In this document: positions 39,467 through 51,983 of the stretch, in pieces
Layout of the letters: each line of letters begins with the position of its first letter
Position numbering within the stretch: the stretch's first letter is position 1
Assembly: GCA_023515725.1 (NCBI GenBank)
Contig: JALDTO010000074.1
Span: 1 to 64,000 of the forward strand
DNA from: Amoeboaphelidium protococcarum X5
Lineage: Eukaryota > Fungi > Aphelidiomycota
Length of the DNA: 64,000 nt
Reading direction: 5' to 3'
Program-made: the position numbers and the translations under genes
The notes under the pieces: model-generated
The model's database searches: none
The model's input: the letters and a program-made list of their open reading frames with translations, nothing else
Told to the model about the DNA's origin: nothing

Positions 39467-40165
39467 TTTACTATATTAAATTGCAATTAATACAGATCCA
39501 GAGTAAAGTTAATACTATAACAGACAATTAGATAACCAACAAGAGCCTTTGCAGTGAACAAAGTTAAATAGAAACGTCCAAGTGTACGGGCAAAGTAAAG
39601 TAACACACTCACTCAATCAAGTGGAGAAAGAACGAGAAAAGAGTGCGGGACTCACAAAGCACGAGAAGAAACACTCTTCTCAGGCACATGGCCAGCGGGT
39701 AAACAAATAAGCTTTCTTTGAGCGAATGACGAGTGTTTGATGATGAAAGTTTATCGGTACTGAAACGGACTTTGAGGCAAAGCTTAAATCTTCGTTTTTA
39801 AGTTATCTACAGCTTGTCTAATGTAGAAACGATGTTCGTAGTATTTTAATCCATTGCCGACGAATCATAGTGTCATCCATTAAGCCAAGAAGTGAAGTGC
39901 CTCAATAACTATGAATTAAGATTTGTGACCAGATGTTACGCGTATGGTGGTGTTTTACTTTTAAACGTACGAAAAGATCTTTTATGACACTATAAATTGA
40001 TGAGAAGGAGATTACGTTTTGCTGCCTTGATCTTTCGTCTGGCTTTTCTGTGAGTGGAATGTTTCGCCGTTTTCTGAGATTTCTTTCTTGGTCCGGAACT
40101 GAAGGCAAGTACCGCGGTTATTTTCCCCTTTACACTACACGTTGATTGATATTTAAGTCCTAGTA

Positions 40166-41938
40166 ATGGGTAATATCGTGTCTGGCTGGGGAAGAAATGA
40201 TGGCAATAATCAAGACTCTGCGTAATAGAGTAATGTGAATGATTCGTAGTCTGGGAGTCGACTGGCTGGATAAAGTGGCTCATCACGCCGACGGAGGCAG
40301 AGAAATAGTACCAGCAATATAAGTGTGAATAGTCAGTTGGATACTAATGAATAGTCTCAATAGCATTCAATTTCCCAATCTGACGCATAATAGAGGCAGA
40401 GTGGCGGTAGTAGAAGTGTTAGATAGAGAACGTCTTCATCTGCTAGATTGTCAGCTTTGGGTGTCGGTGATGATCAGATAAGGTGGTCTGGCTCATAATA
40501 AAGTATAAACTCTCGCGTGAGAAGGTCAGCGCGTCTGGCATCTCGATCTTAATCGTCTTCTGCGCAGTCTTTATCATCACGTAATAATCTTACGCGAATG
40601 ATGTCTTTATAAGATTCAGTTTAATCCGTGAATGCCAGTGTGTCTGCTTAACGTGGATCCTAGTCGTCATAAGGAGAATAGTCTTAATCACAGAGTACGC
40701 TTAATCAGTAGAACACTCAGACTAACTAGTTATCTGTCTTCAACTTTAGAAATGATAGATATGCACGTGTTATGAGGTAAGGATTGGAGTTGGTATTGTA
40801 AGCAGTTATTACCAACGAGGATTCTAATTAGCGCGCCAGCATGTTCTATTTTAATGGATCCATCGTGGTTAGAGCTGAATCGTAGGAGTAACGATCAGAA
40901 AGTGTTTAATAAGAACCTAACGCGTCATCTGATGAATTTAATAGTGATGCGGATCCAGATCATCGTCCATCTTCATCTAATGAGGATGGCCCTAATATCA
41001 CAGGTGGAGTCAGGAGACTTAATGAGCATACATTTGAAATGATGAATAGCCGTGTTGATGAGTCCTCCCTTTTGTTAAGATATGGCTGTAATCTTAGAGC
41101 TGATGAAGGAAATGACAGTAATAATGTTTATGAAATTCCGCTTATGATTGTTGGTGCAAGAGATGAGAGTCTGGGTGGTCACAATGGCGTACATGGCTGG
41201 CTAATGTATATTATTGGTGGTACTGATACACAGCAGTCTTTCTAATCTCTATTCAGAACACTTGGTATATCCGGAGTAGATTAAGCCAGCACTGCTTCTT
41301 CAAATAGTGATATGGAGGCCGTAGTACGCGGTTTGGTAGGTAGATTTGTCATTGGTTTGAATGCGGCGGTAACATCTACGCTAAGAAGAGCTGCATAATA
41401 GTAGAACGCGTCTTAATCTACAAATACTTCACGTTCTGATGGTGATGATGATACTGATAATCAAGATACAGCAGATAATAATGACGAAGATTGGCAGTGG
41501 CTTGATCATGTACCATTATCCCAAGTGTTGCGAGCATTATTCGGATCCATTTTGCGTAATGATAATTAGACTCAACCCGGAATGTTACTAGGAGATGGAA
41601 ATGTGAATCAATATGAATTTTACACTAGGCTGGGTGAATTATTGGGCCCCGCTGTTCCACGCAATGCTCCTCCTGAACTCGTCAGTCAGATTCCCACGAC
41701 CACCTATCAAGAATTGGGAGTGCATATCGCCGGCAGTCATGAAGGTGTACTGTCCAAAAAGTGCACCATATGCCTTTCTCTATACGAAAAAAGTGACAAT
41801 TTGCGGGTACTCTCTTGTCATCATTACTTTCATCAGACTTGTATTGATACCTGGTTAACTGATCACGTCAACAGCTGTCCTCTATGTCGAAAGCCTGCCG
41901 TGGAAAGTTCCGAGTCCAACGCTGAATCTAATTTATGA
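40166..41938 (+). CDS. RING-H2 E3 ubiquitin ligase with possible N-myristoylation site, 590 aa
   Basis: MGNIVS start, long Q/S-rich low-complexity region, C-terminal CTICLSLY..LSCHHYFHQTCIDTWL..SCPLCR. Confidence 0.85.
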
Positions 41939-42101
41939 TATTCTCTCTTCATATACATAATTTATCCTTTGATTATTCATTATTGGTTCATTAAATGTTC
42001 GTTCGATTGAGCGCTTTCCTTCTTGGTCGCGTTGTTTCCATTGATCGACTGATAAAACCTCGCTCTTTTAACGCGAAAGTGGTTGAAGCAAGAAGGTAAA
42101 A

Positions 42102-43216
42102 ATGGATACAAAATCTCCATCCACGGACCTGACATTGATTGTAAATGCCAGTATATAATGCTTGTCTCAAGTAGTGAAAAAGACTCCATTGAGTGTGAAG
42201 CTATTAAGTCGACCGCCATTTAAGTATATTTACGATTTAGTGATGGAAATTAGCGGGGAAACTTAGTACGGAAATGTTGACTTGGAGCGTTACTTAGCTT
42301 ATGTGCCTAGCGTAAGACTTAATGATGGAACTCTTGAGGTAGATCTCTCATTTAAATTTTAATGTAGGAAGTAAAAGAAAAGATTGCTTTTATAAATTCG
42401 ATTAAACTTTTAGTTGGTAATATGCAGATACATTTTCTCATAAAGTTTTACACCGTGACTTTGTAGAGCGATCTGTAAAAAGCGATGAACATGTCCCTTC
42501 TGTAGATCCACGTCAGGTATTGGCTGGTTTAGCGCCTGAGAGGACCAATGCATTGCTACAAAAGTTTTGTTAATTAGCTATTGAATCTGTACAATCTTCA
42601 ACGATTGAACCAGCTACTGTACCATCCTAAAGTCAAGCGAAAAGTATTACTCTTTCTGTCATCCCCGACGATGACAACATAGCCAGCGACGCGTTCAAGT
42701 ATAAGACCAAGCCCGAGTCGGCGCCATCCACCCAACGTGTAAATATTACTGAAGAGCCTAAGAAAGAATAGTAACAGTAAGAGACTCCTGGTAGCCAAGT
42801 AGGAGCGGATTTGAATAATTAATTGAGCGAGTTGATCTTGTTCGAATCAGCAATTGAATCTGCAGAAAATGAGCATCGTTCAGTGTTAGACGAAACTGTA
42901 GACTGGAAACAGAAATGCCTGTAGCTCGAATCTGAGATTCAATCATATTAAAAGTATTTCCTCCTTCATTAATTATTAACATATTGTGTTCACTGGCGAT
43001 AATAATACTTGTAGGGAGATCTAATCTGTTTTGACTCCGCATAAGGAAAAGATGAAACAACTTTAGGACGCGATCCAAGTGGAGGTATTTTCTTAATTGT
43101 AATTTGATATCTGAGTTTGATTTAAAATTTTGTAGGAGATAAAGGCTGAGTAGTTGTAACAACAAATCTCAAGTGTCGTTTAAGCTATACAAGATGACCT
43201 TAAGTGTACCGAGTGA
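42102..43216 (+). CDS. IFT54: Intraflagellar transport protein IFT54/TRAF3IP1-like, 298 aa, 4 introns
   Basis: CH-domain motifs LSVKLLSRPPFKYIYDLV and VLAGLAPERTNALLQ, C-terminal coiled coil; introns 42312-42367, 42417-42466, 42954-43014, 43085-43135, all GTA..TGTAG, give a continuous frame. Confidence 0.8.
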
Positions 43217-43271
43217 ATGTCAGATACTGTATGTCTTTTTCTGTGAGAACCATTATTTAAATTAACACAAT

Positions 43272-44147
43272 TCACGTTCCCATCACGCGTTTAGTACCAA
43301 GACCGTTCTTGAAAGAGTTCACATAATCATTCATCAGAAACAACTATTGTACTAGGAACTGCGACCCTGTAAAACAGAACACCACAATGAAATCAACAGC
43401 AGCAATTCTGGTTTACAGATTGATAACGGCATTCACGTCACTAGTGATATCATCAGTCATATAAGAACTACCAGGCCACACAAACAATAGAATTATCAAT
43501 CCAGGAACATTGTAGAGTACAGCGACAGCGATAACAGTCTTGACATACTAAATCACCGTAGTTCTGGCATTTGAGTCATACTCATAGGAGCCGGATGTAA
43601 AGCGGAAATACAGCGATGTTGCCGCATAAACGCGACTAAACGCGTCATACAGACCCATAAATATAAAAAAGTAAAGCCAATAGTACCTTGTAATTAAGTA
43701 ATACTCTGGATATGAATAAGAGCGTGATTACACAATCAACATGGTCAGATACAAGAGGTTGAAACACGTCAGCGGAATCCACAGGAAAATATTCAGCAAG
43801 TTGATTCTCTGATAACCGGGAATTTGCCACTAGTTGAAGAGGACAAACACGGCAGTCTAGTAGAACAAAATGTTCAAAATATACAGAAACTCTGCAGCCA
43901 CCCAATAATCTTGATATTAAATGTAAGATGCCCATGAACCGTCAAACTAACATTCTTTCACTAGTCTCAGAATGGCAGTGATCAGCACGATGGAAGTGAA
44001 GAGAATTCTCAAATTGTAAAACCATTGTTTGAACTGTCTCAACGAGCTCAATCTCAGCGACCAAGCGCAAAGAGCCACGGCCACCAAGAACATACCAACT
44101 TCCAAGCCTACAGCCGCCTAATTTTATACTTTGATATTGGCAATCAT
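43272..44147 (-). CDS. Orphan seven-transmembrane (GPCR-like) protein, 291 aa
   Basis: Intronless open frame (TAR=Gln) with seven hydrophobic ~20-aa segments and short termini; absent from the ORF track because of internal TAR codons. Confidence 0.65.
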
Positions 44148-44486
44148 TAAATTACTGTTGAATAAATTTATTTTTCTAATCAATAATAATTATTAAAGTC
44201 AAGAGTTGTGAAATTCCCACAATCCATCCTCAGCAGATAAAAATAGATGGCGCTTCTCGTATATTAAAAAGCCTTTTGCAATAACAATATTGGCATCTAA
44301 ATCTACATTTCATACAGATGGTACATTGGCGCAATCTCAAATGTGACTACTTAGTAAGAGGAGAATCGATAAGTTTCGACACTTCATGACCGCGTTTCTC
44401 TGTTAACATTTCTATTCACTTTTACTCAGCCATTTGCACATAAGAGCCGAGATATCTCTTTCAAATTGAAAAGTCAATACAAAATT

Positions 44487-45248
44487 ATGGAGAAATAGAT
44501 AGAGGACAAGCTGTCAGATTTATTATGTATATCTTAGGTAGAAGCTTAGGACGTTGTAAAATACTTGAAATCATTGCCTACTAAGTAGGAGCTGTAGAGC
44601 CATTTAGTAGGTATGCTTGGCGATGACTCCGAGGCTGCCGTATCACTAGTAAATACTATCGTAAACTGGCGATATCCTGATCAAGCGTCACATCAGCCGT
44701 CGTCTCGTGATGTTAAATAGCCCAATGCTGCTGGGAAAGCTAAAGTTTTAAAAATTGATAGCTCTGCCTCTGTAAAATAATCCAATTAGAAATCGAAAAG
44801 TGGGAACAAAAACATCTCTAAAATCACTGGGCGAGATACCTGCAACTGTTGCGCTTAATTACACGATTTTGTCAGGAATTGTCTGAACTGTGGGAAAATT
44901 ATCTGCTAACTTGAAGGCAAAGGCCCTTGCACCTTTTGTGACGCGTCGGATGGTGAAGTAGCTGGGAAATAGAAGTAGACACGCAGTAAGTTTTAAAGTA
45001 AGAAGGGAACTTACATGCCAATTTAGACTTACCGAACTGTCAGCGCGTTTACACCGACATTTGGAGTTTAACCAGGCAGCAATAGGAAAGAGCTATCTAA
45101 ATAGGATGAAGAATTGATGAAAACTTAATTCCCCTCTTTTTAGTCGTAGAAATAAGAATCTAGTTCGTTGGCGTAATCGCGATCATCTTCTGACAATGCA
45201 GACTTAATTAGGTAGAGGATGCTTGATGCTGATAAACGCGCATTTTGA
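44487..45248 (+). CDS. TRIP4/ASC-1/Rqt4-like C2HC5 zinc-finger protein, 253 aa
   Basis: PWI-like N-terminus; GRDTCNCCAQLHDFVRNCLNCGKIICQLEGKGPCTFC; TGA 45246. Confidence 0.85.
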
Positions 45249-45287
45249 ATTTTTTAATACTAATTGATTATTATACTGAAACATCAT

Positions 45288-45911
45288 TCACAATTCATAG
45301 TAGTTTATTAAATACTCAAACCGTTGGTCCATTAATAACTTCCATTATCTTCGAGGAGCGATATCAGAGAATTTGTACTGAATGGCGACAACTCGCCTTC
45401 TGTCGCGATTCCAACCTTTAATCAGAGGCATCAATTAGTCTAGACCTCCCGGTAATAGATACAATATTAATATGTCAGGCTTATAATCATTCAAATCAAT
45501 TGAAAAGATATCCTTCAAGTCAATAACCCAATCAAAATCTGTATCGAGTGCCGTAAGATTTTTGATACATCTTAATTATAGCTTTTGGTCTAATTCAATG
45601 CCAATGACGCGAGGTCTCTCTGCTTTATTACTCACATGAGATGCAAATTCAACGAACGCTTGTAATATTTAGCCATCACCGCATCCTAGATCCATAACTG
45701 CATTGCTAGGAGATAATAAATTGTCTTCATGCAGTGACTATAGAGCAAATTTAATGACAGATTGAGGACACTTGACAAAAGGAGCTACGAACGGAGTGCC
45801 ATCTAAAGGCTTCGAGTTGACATCACACTATATAACCTCTTTATACTAATCAGACACCTCAATTTCGTCAAAATCACAATTCTGAAACGGCATTGTCGCG
45901 TCCACAGTCAT
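45288..45911 (-). CDS. Class I SAM-dependent methyltransferase (FAM173/ATPSCKMT-like), 207 aa
   Basis: APFV, VMDLGCGDGQIL (motif I), VIGIELD, ILYLLP. Confidence 0.8.
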
Positions 45912-45982
45912 TGTCTTTCAGTTTCTAAATCTCAATTTTACTGTCTAACACGATACACGATCTGAAAATTAGCAAAGTGAAA

Positions 45983-47521
45983 ATGCGGACTCCAGGGAAC
46001 AAATTTGAAGATACTAAAGTCAGAAATACAGGTAAAGGTTGTGATTCTGTGGTTGCCTGGTTCACATCTCCGGATAGTTAGTCTACTGGTGTGAACTTAA
46101 TATCCAATGTGGCACAGTGTGAAGTTAAGCAGTAAACAGTGTTGAAGGGTGACAAAACGCGTCTTGGCCAAGCATTTAAACATACTGTTCAAACAGGAGG
46201 GCGTGTACTGGCTAGAGATCATGGTAAATCAGCATTTGATTTTAATTTGACTTCTAATGCTGTTCATCAAAAGCCATAATCTGCTCTCATTAGTTCAATG
46301 GCGCCTGAAACTAAAAATGCCAAGCATAAAACGGTCGTTTATCACGAGTTTGATTTCAGTCTGAAACCGGTGCGATTAGAAAAGAACAATGGACTTTCAC
46401 ATCTCATGAGTGAGATCAAAGAGCAAGATGAAGCATCTGTAAATTCTGAATAGGCGATTAATCTGTATGATGGTTAATATGCTCTAAAATAAGATGTTAA
46501 TGATAATGATGATCTTATCTCTTCAGACAATTTGGTGGTCTCGTACACGCGTTTATCCAGTGATATGGGCAGCAAAAGCATGTCTCTGACAGACACCAGT
46601 ACTCTATCACCGTAAAGTGAATCTTCAATAGACAAGGATCATCTATTACTTAGTGAATTAGACTAATCTATTGAACAACTTAGCCAAAGCTCAATCAGTG
46701 TTACCCATCAAGATCATCATTGGCCTGCTCCGAGTAAGAATCCAAAAGTCAGACATTCAAATGTCGCAATGCTCAAGCTATCAGTTCCTCAAAAGGATAA
46801 GAATAAAGATATCGAGCGCAATCTAAGCCGTGATTTGACTCCTGCTATATCTGATATTAAGATTGGAAGTTATCAGATTATGATCAATCCAGATTAATTA
46901 TGGCGCAGGTAAAGTGGCGCAGTACAGTGGCGCAGTATCAGATCGATAACGCATCCAATATCTATAGTGAATGAATAGTGATCTTGTAGTGGTTAAGGAA
47001 TACATTGACATCATTCAACAGGCATATTTCTTATTCTATTAGAAGTAATTCATAAATTCCGCAGCAAGATTTTGCAAACGAACAAGCGGGTGATTCCAAG
47101 GAAAATGTGCCAAAATCTGGTAACTTTGTCGTGGTCAGAGCCCAAAGTTTACAAGCCAAGCAAGTCAAATCCGCTCAAGCTGGAAATTTCTCGTACACCT
47201 CAGTAATTGGTTCTCCTAAAGACGCCATTTATAGCTTCATTGTGTAAATTCGTGCCAAGGATGGATTTAAATCATTGCGTACATTCTCCAACGAAGCCAT
47301 GATTGGAACGGTGATTGAAGGCACAACTGAAGTAACTTTTGACGGTATCACCTACAAGTTGAACACGTTCGATTGCTTTAAGCTTTGCAAAGGTATTTTT
47401 CATTTTACAATTGATAAACATTACAGTATGTTGATGTCACAGTGTAGGTTGCAAGTACTCAATCAAAAATACGTCTGACACAGACTGCAAGATCTATATC
47501 GTAAGCTAACAGTAACAATGA
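45983..47521 (+). CDS. CENP-C/Mif2-like kinetochore protein with C-terminal cupin (about 471 aa; introns 46922-46989 tentative, 47393-47447)
   Basis: N-terminal KFEDTKVRNTGK, disordered middle, C-terminal cupin GTVIEGTTEVTFDGITYKLNTFDCFKLCKGCKYSIKN matching the Mif2 cupin pattern. Confidence 0.55.
46901..46941 (+). repeat. Triple TGGCGCA(G)GTA repeat with three GT donors 13 nt apart
   Basis: tggcgcaggtaaag tggcgcagtacag tggcgcagtatcag; GT at 46909, 46922, 46935. Confidence 0.8.
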
Positions 47522-47581
47522 AGTCAATATGATCAACACTACTGTATTGTTTTGTCACGCTTTAATTCATTCACATTATTT

Positions 47582-49051
47582 TCATGAACGATATTTATCC
47601 ATAAACTGTGCATGAAAGTCTTGAATCTTACTGATGAAGCTATCAAATTCATCTTCTGGTGGTAGGAAGGTGGCTCTGAAATGCCAAGTTCCTTCACGTT
47701 AGCCAAATCCACTGCCAGGCACAACACAAACACCAGTAGAATTCAGCAATTCCATAGCATAGAACGCGTCAGGCTTCTTACCATTATTCTACGCAGCCTG
47801 GACAGCCTTCTCAGGCAAAGTAATCTAAGGGAAGACGTACATGGCGCCATCAGCCTGCTGACAGCTGACACCTTCCATCTGGTTCAAGCCATTCACCAGT
47901 TTCTTTGCTCTTCTCTTCAAGGATTAAAAGATAGAGTCACATTCAGTCTTGAAATTCTCATAGCTCTCATCTCCTTCCGCAGGAGGCTTAACCATAAGAT
48001 CAACCATGATTTGGCCCTGAGCATTTGGACATAATGAGATGCTGCTCAGTTTATACAACTAATCAACAACCTGATCATCAAAATTGTACAACTCAAAGTA
48101 TCCCCCTCTTCTACCACATTCTCCAATGATACCCTTAGAGATAGAGTGGAAAGACACCAATTCAACGGGAGACTTCATATCACAAACCACCTTTTTGAAT
48201 GAGACAAACTGACGATCATCACGGTAGACATTAGTCTGATAAACTTCATCCGCCATCAACACCAAATTCTCACTCTGACAGAAGCTCACCACAGACTCCA
48301 TATTCTCACGAGATAGCAAATTACCGACTGGATTACCCGGATTAATAACGACTAGTGCACGGACGTCAACGCCTTACTCGCGCGCCTTCTTCACTGATTT
48401 CTTCAGCTCTTCAAGGCCCAGAGTCCAGCCAGACTCTTCATGCAGATAGTACGGCACAGGCGTACCATTCAACAGTGCCAAAGTAGCGGTGTAAAGTGGA
48501 TACTGCGGAATAGGAATCATGACTCCAGCCTTGGGACTATTGATCAGAGCTTAAAGTAGAAAGTTGACTCCCTACGAAGCACCCGTGGTCAGAAAGATGT
48601 GCTCAGTATTCGGCATGTGAACACCACCATCACGTCTATGAATGAACTCGGCAACGTGCTTTCTCACCACCGGATAACCTTTGGAAGAAGTGTACGGACC
48701 AACTCTACCACCGCAGTAATCCACGATGGATTGAGCGCGATTGACAACATCTTTAGGGAACAATGGGCGCAACGATTCATCCTTCTAAACACGTGCCAAC
48801 AGATCGCTGTCTTCAACCAAGCTTGCCACCTGTCTGTAGAAAGATATTGGACTCTGACCAAGTTACTGTGGATTACCGATATTGCAATAGACAACCTTGT
48901 CAAATTGCAACTTCTATCTCTGCGCCGGATCTTTCAACATAGACTCCAGCTGCTCTGCGCGCACAGCAATCTCACCTCTCACCGCGTACTCAGCCTTAAC
49001 CACATTTGGATTCAAAGAGCCTTTGCTCAGCACTCTCTTTAAACTCTACAT
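47582..49051 (-). CDS. ALT1: Alanine aminotransferase, 489 aa
   Basis: LNPNVVKAEYAVRGEIA, CNIGNPQQLGQ, IPQYPLYTA, INPGNPTG, MADEVYQTN, PLP-lysine SFHSISKGIIGECGRRGGY. Confidence 0.95.
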
Positions 49052-49232
49052 TATCAGATATTATCTACTTAGAGTGTTAATGAACTAATTGTTGAACAGA
49101 TGTTGATAGCAAAATTAAATCTAATTGCAAAGACGAGAGTTGGCGGTAAAAATAGATTGCGTAAGAGTGAACAAATAAACCGAATAGACCTTAATCAACA
49201 AAGTTAGTATGTGTTAAACTTCAGTAATAAAA

Positions 49233-49710
49233 TCACAATCCTTCAGCAGTCAGAATTTCATCAACAGAGAGGAATCCGTCGTGGTTAGTATCGTCATTTT
49301 CCATAATCCAGTCAACGTGTTCCATACCTTCTTAAGTGTTGACATTATCCGCGCCGTCCTTGTTCATAAACATCAACAGCTCATGTCCATCAATCATCTA
49401 ATTTCCATCAACGTCCGCAAGAGCAATGTAATGCATAGTTTCTTCTCGCGGATCCATGTGCTTATCCAGTATAAGCTGCTCATGGTGAGGATCTAAATGC
49501 TCCATTTCTTCCCTCATTCGTCTACATACTCGTATTAAAACTAGTTATAGAACTGATTCTGAGAAATTCTAATTTAACTTACTCTCTCGACTCTGCACTG
49601 TGTGCGTCTATATTTACATGTTGCAGATAGTCTGCATTAACGCCCTATGATAAAGTTGTCATCGCACCGACAAGGCTGACGATAATAGATAGTGACAGTC
49701 TTGCTTGCAT
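49233..49710 (-). CDS. MCFD2-like secreted two-EF-hand protein, 138 aa, intron 49522-49582
   Basis: Signal peptide; MDPREETMHYIALADVDGNQMIDGHEL and DWIMENDDTNHDGFLSVDEI EF-hand loops. Confidence 0.75.
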
Positions 49711-50539
49711 TGTCTTTTACTTTCTCGCCGCGTACTTCTTGCACGTTGCTTTTGCGACAAAAGGGGGAGGAGATTGTTGGAGCTTGAGAGATAAATTGAA
49801 GACCCGCGCGCGTGTTGTTTCAAACTGTCACTCATCCGCAGTAGTGATGATGATGATGATGATTATAGTGATTATGGATTGATATGAGATATAAGACGTG
49901 CGTGATACACCAATGCATGTGAGAATACAATTAGCTGACAAGTCAATGAAAAGTGAAAGCAAGTAAAAACAAAAGTAAAATAGACTGCACGTTGGGATGT
50001 AGGCTAGTGTACTAGTAATGAAGTGCTCATTGGCATTATAATGATGCACGTGATTACTAATACAAATAACCTACAACCCAGCAGCCGATATGATATGGTG
50101 TTGACATTCTATGGACACTTCTGACATGATAGTATAGAATTCTACATACACGGCGTAGTACACACCCTGAGTGACAAAAAGACTTCTAGAAGGAAGAGAA
50201 GAGCCAACAGAAATCAATCCAGTTGAACCGCGAATTCGGATTGGAGCAGATTCTATTTTAAGCACCGCGTCTGATTCGCCTAAATCTTGGCCAAATCTCA
50301 TTGCCGATTGCACAGTTTTAGATTGCTGATATCAGCAGACCTTGCTAGATATATAGATACCATGTGCCACGAGAATAAGACTAGAATACGAATTAAGGAC
50401 AAGATAAAAGTCTTATATCACCACTTTTAGAATGTTTAGTGTTGGAGATGCCGACGTTCAATTTTCTTCTCGCGGAGACAATTCAAAAATTCACACACTT
50501 GCTCTGCTGACGTCAGGCTGTGAGAAAGAGTGATAAAAA

Positions 50540-51928
50540 ATGTAAAAGTCATCGGCATCAGCAGATGATAAATTTATGATTACTAAGCAATTTAAAGATT
50601 TTGACATTGGTCGATCGCTGGGTGAGGGGTCATTCAGTAGTGTTCACATTGCCACTGATCGAGAGTCTGGCGCAGTGTATGCCATCAAGATTCTTAGTAA
50701 GGCGCAGATTGTGAAGGAGAAGAAAATTAAGTATGTCAATGTGGAGAAGCAGGTTCTGTATCAGTGCCGACACAAGAATATTATTGAGTTGTATTACACT
50801 TTTCAGACTAGTGACTGTTTGTACTTTGTGCTTGAACATTGTCAGAATGGAGACTTGCTTCATCACATTTAGAGATTGAAGAGGTTCTCCCTCCGCAGTA
50901 TGCGGTATGTATTATCATCTCTTATGGACGCAGTTGAGTATCTGCATGGTCAGAATATTTTGCATCGAGACTTGAAGCCTGAGAATGTGTTATTCGATTC
51001 AAAATTCGCTGTAAAGTTGTGTGACTTTGGATCCGCCAAGATTATATCAAGTGAAGACGTACAATAGTAGAATGGGGATTAATTGCATAAATCTGAATCT
51101 AATCATTAAAGTGAGCGAAGATCATCGTTTGTGGGCACTGCTGAGTATTGTTCACCAGAGTTACTGGGGGAGAAGTAGTCGGGAAAAGCTTCAGATTTAT
51201 GGTCACTGGGATGCATTTTATATTAGATGGCTCATGGAAAGTGTCCTTTTAAAGGAGCTAATGATTATTTAACGTTTCAGCTCATATTACACCACAATTA
51301 TACTTGTGATCAATCTCTGCTGGACTCTGTAACTATATCTCTTATTGACTCTATGCTGTAATAAGATCCTTTGCAGAGAATCGGATGCCAGTCGGCGTAA
51401 CATCCTTATGGTGACCTTGATTGGAATTAAATTCGATCTCATTAGTTCTTCAGTGGTTATGACCATTAACTGGTACTTGGATAATTGAGTGATAAAAAGC
51501 CTTTCCAGCTATCTAGTTAATTCACCCAGAAGCTTAATAATATATCTGAAGACTCATTGCGATCATTTCTGTTGGATAAAGAGACTATTCTCATGTGTGG
51601 TAAACTGAATAAGCGCAAGTACTCCATATCCATACCGTTTGTACCTACAATGGCTGCCAAGTAGAGACTGTTTATACTGACTGATAAGAATAGACTCATG
51701 TGGATAGATACATCATTGTGTGATGATAATAGTAATAATAATAATAATGATTAGCAATTGAAATAGTTGGGTGAATTGATGATCACTCCTCAGTTGGATA
51801 TACAATTAAGTGGTGATCGCCGTGAACTGGTCATCCAGACTGAGAAGAAGGCTTACCACTTGCAAGCTTTAGATGGCTAATCTATATAGCCGTGGTTTGA
51901 TGCATTGAAATAACTATAAGAGTTATGA
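50540..51928 (+). CDS. PDK1/Pkh-type kinase with C-terminal PH domain, 462 aa
   Basis: LGEGSFSSV, YAIKILSKAQIVKEKKIKYVNVEK, HRDLKPEN, DFGSAK, RSSFVGTAEYCSPEL; PH-like GKLNKRK..RLFILTD. Confidence 0.92.
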
Positions 51929-51983
51929 GAGTGTATTGAATGTGATTATATTATATTATTGTTATATACACAGGCTATATCTT

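Noticed and set aside
49830-50400. Open frames and an ATG/CAT microsatellite between the MCFD2-like gene and PDK1
   Set aside because: No recognisable motif; the longest frame overlaps the next gene; treated as intergenic, though a small gene cannot be excluded.
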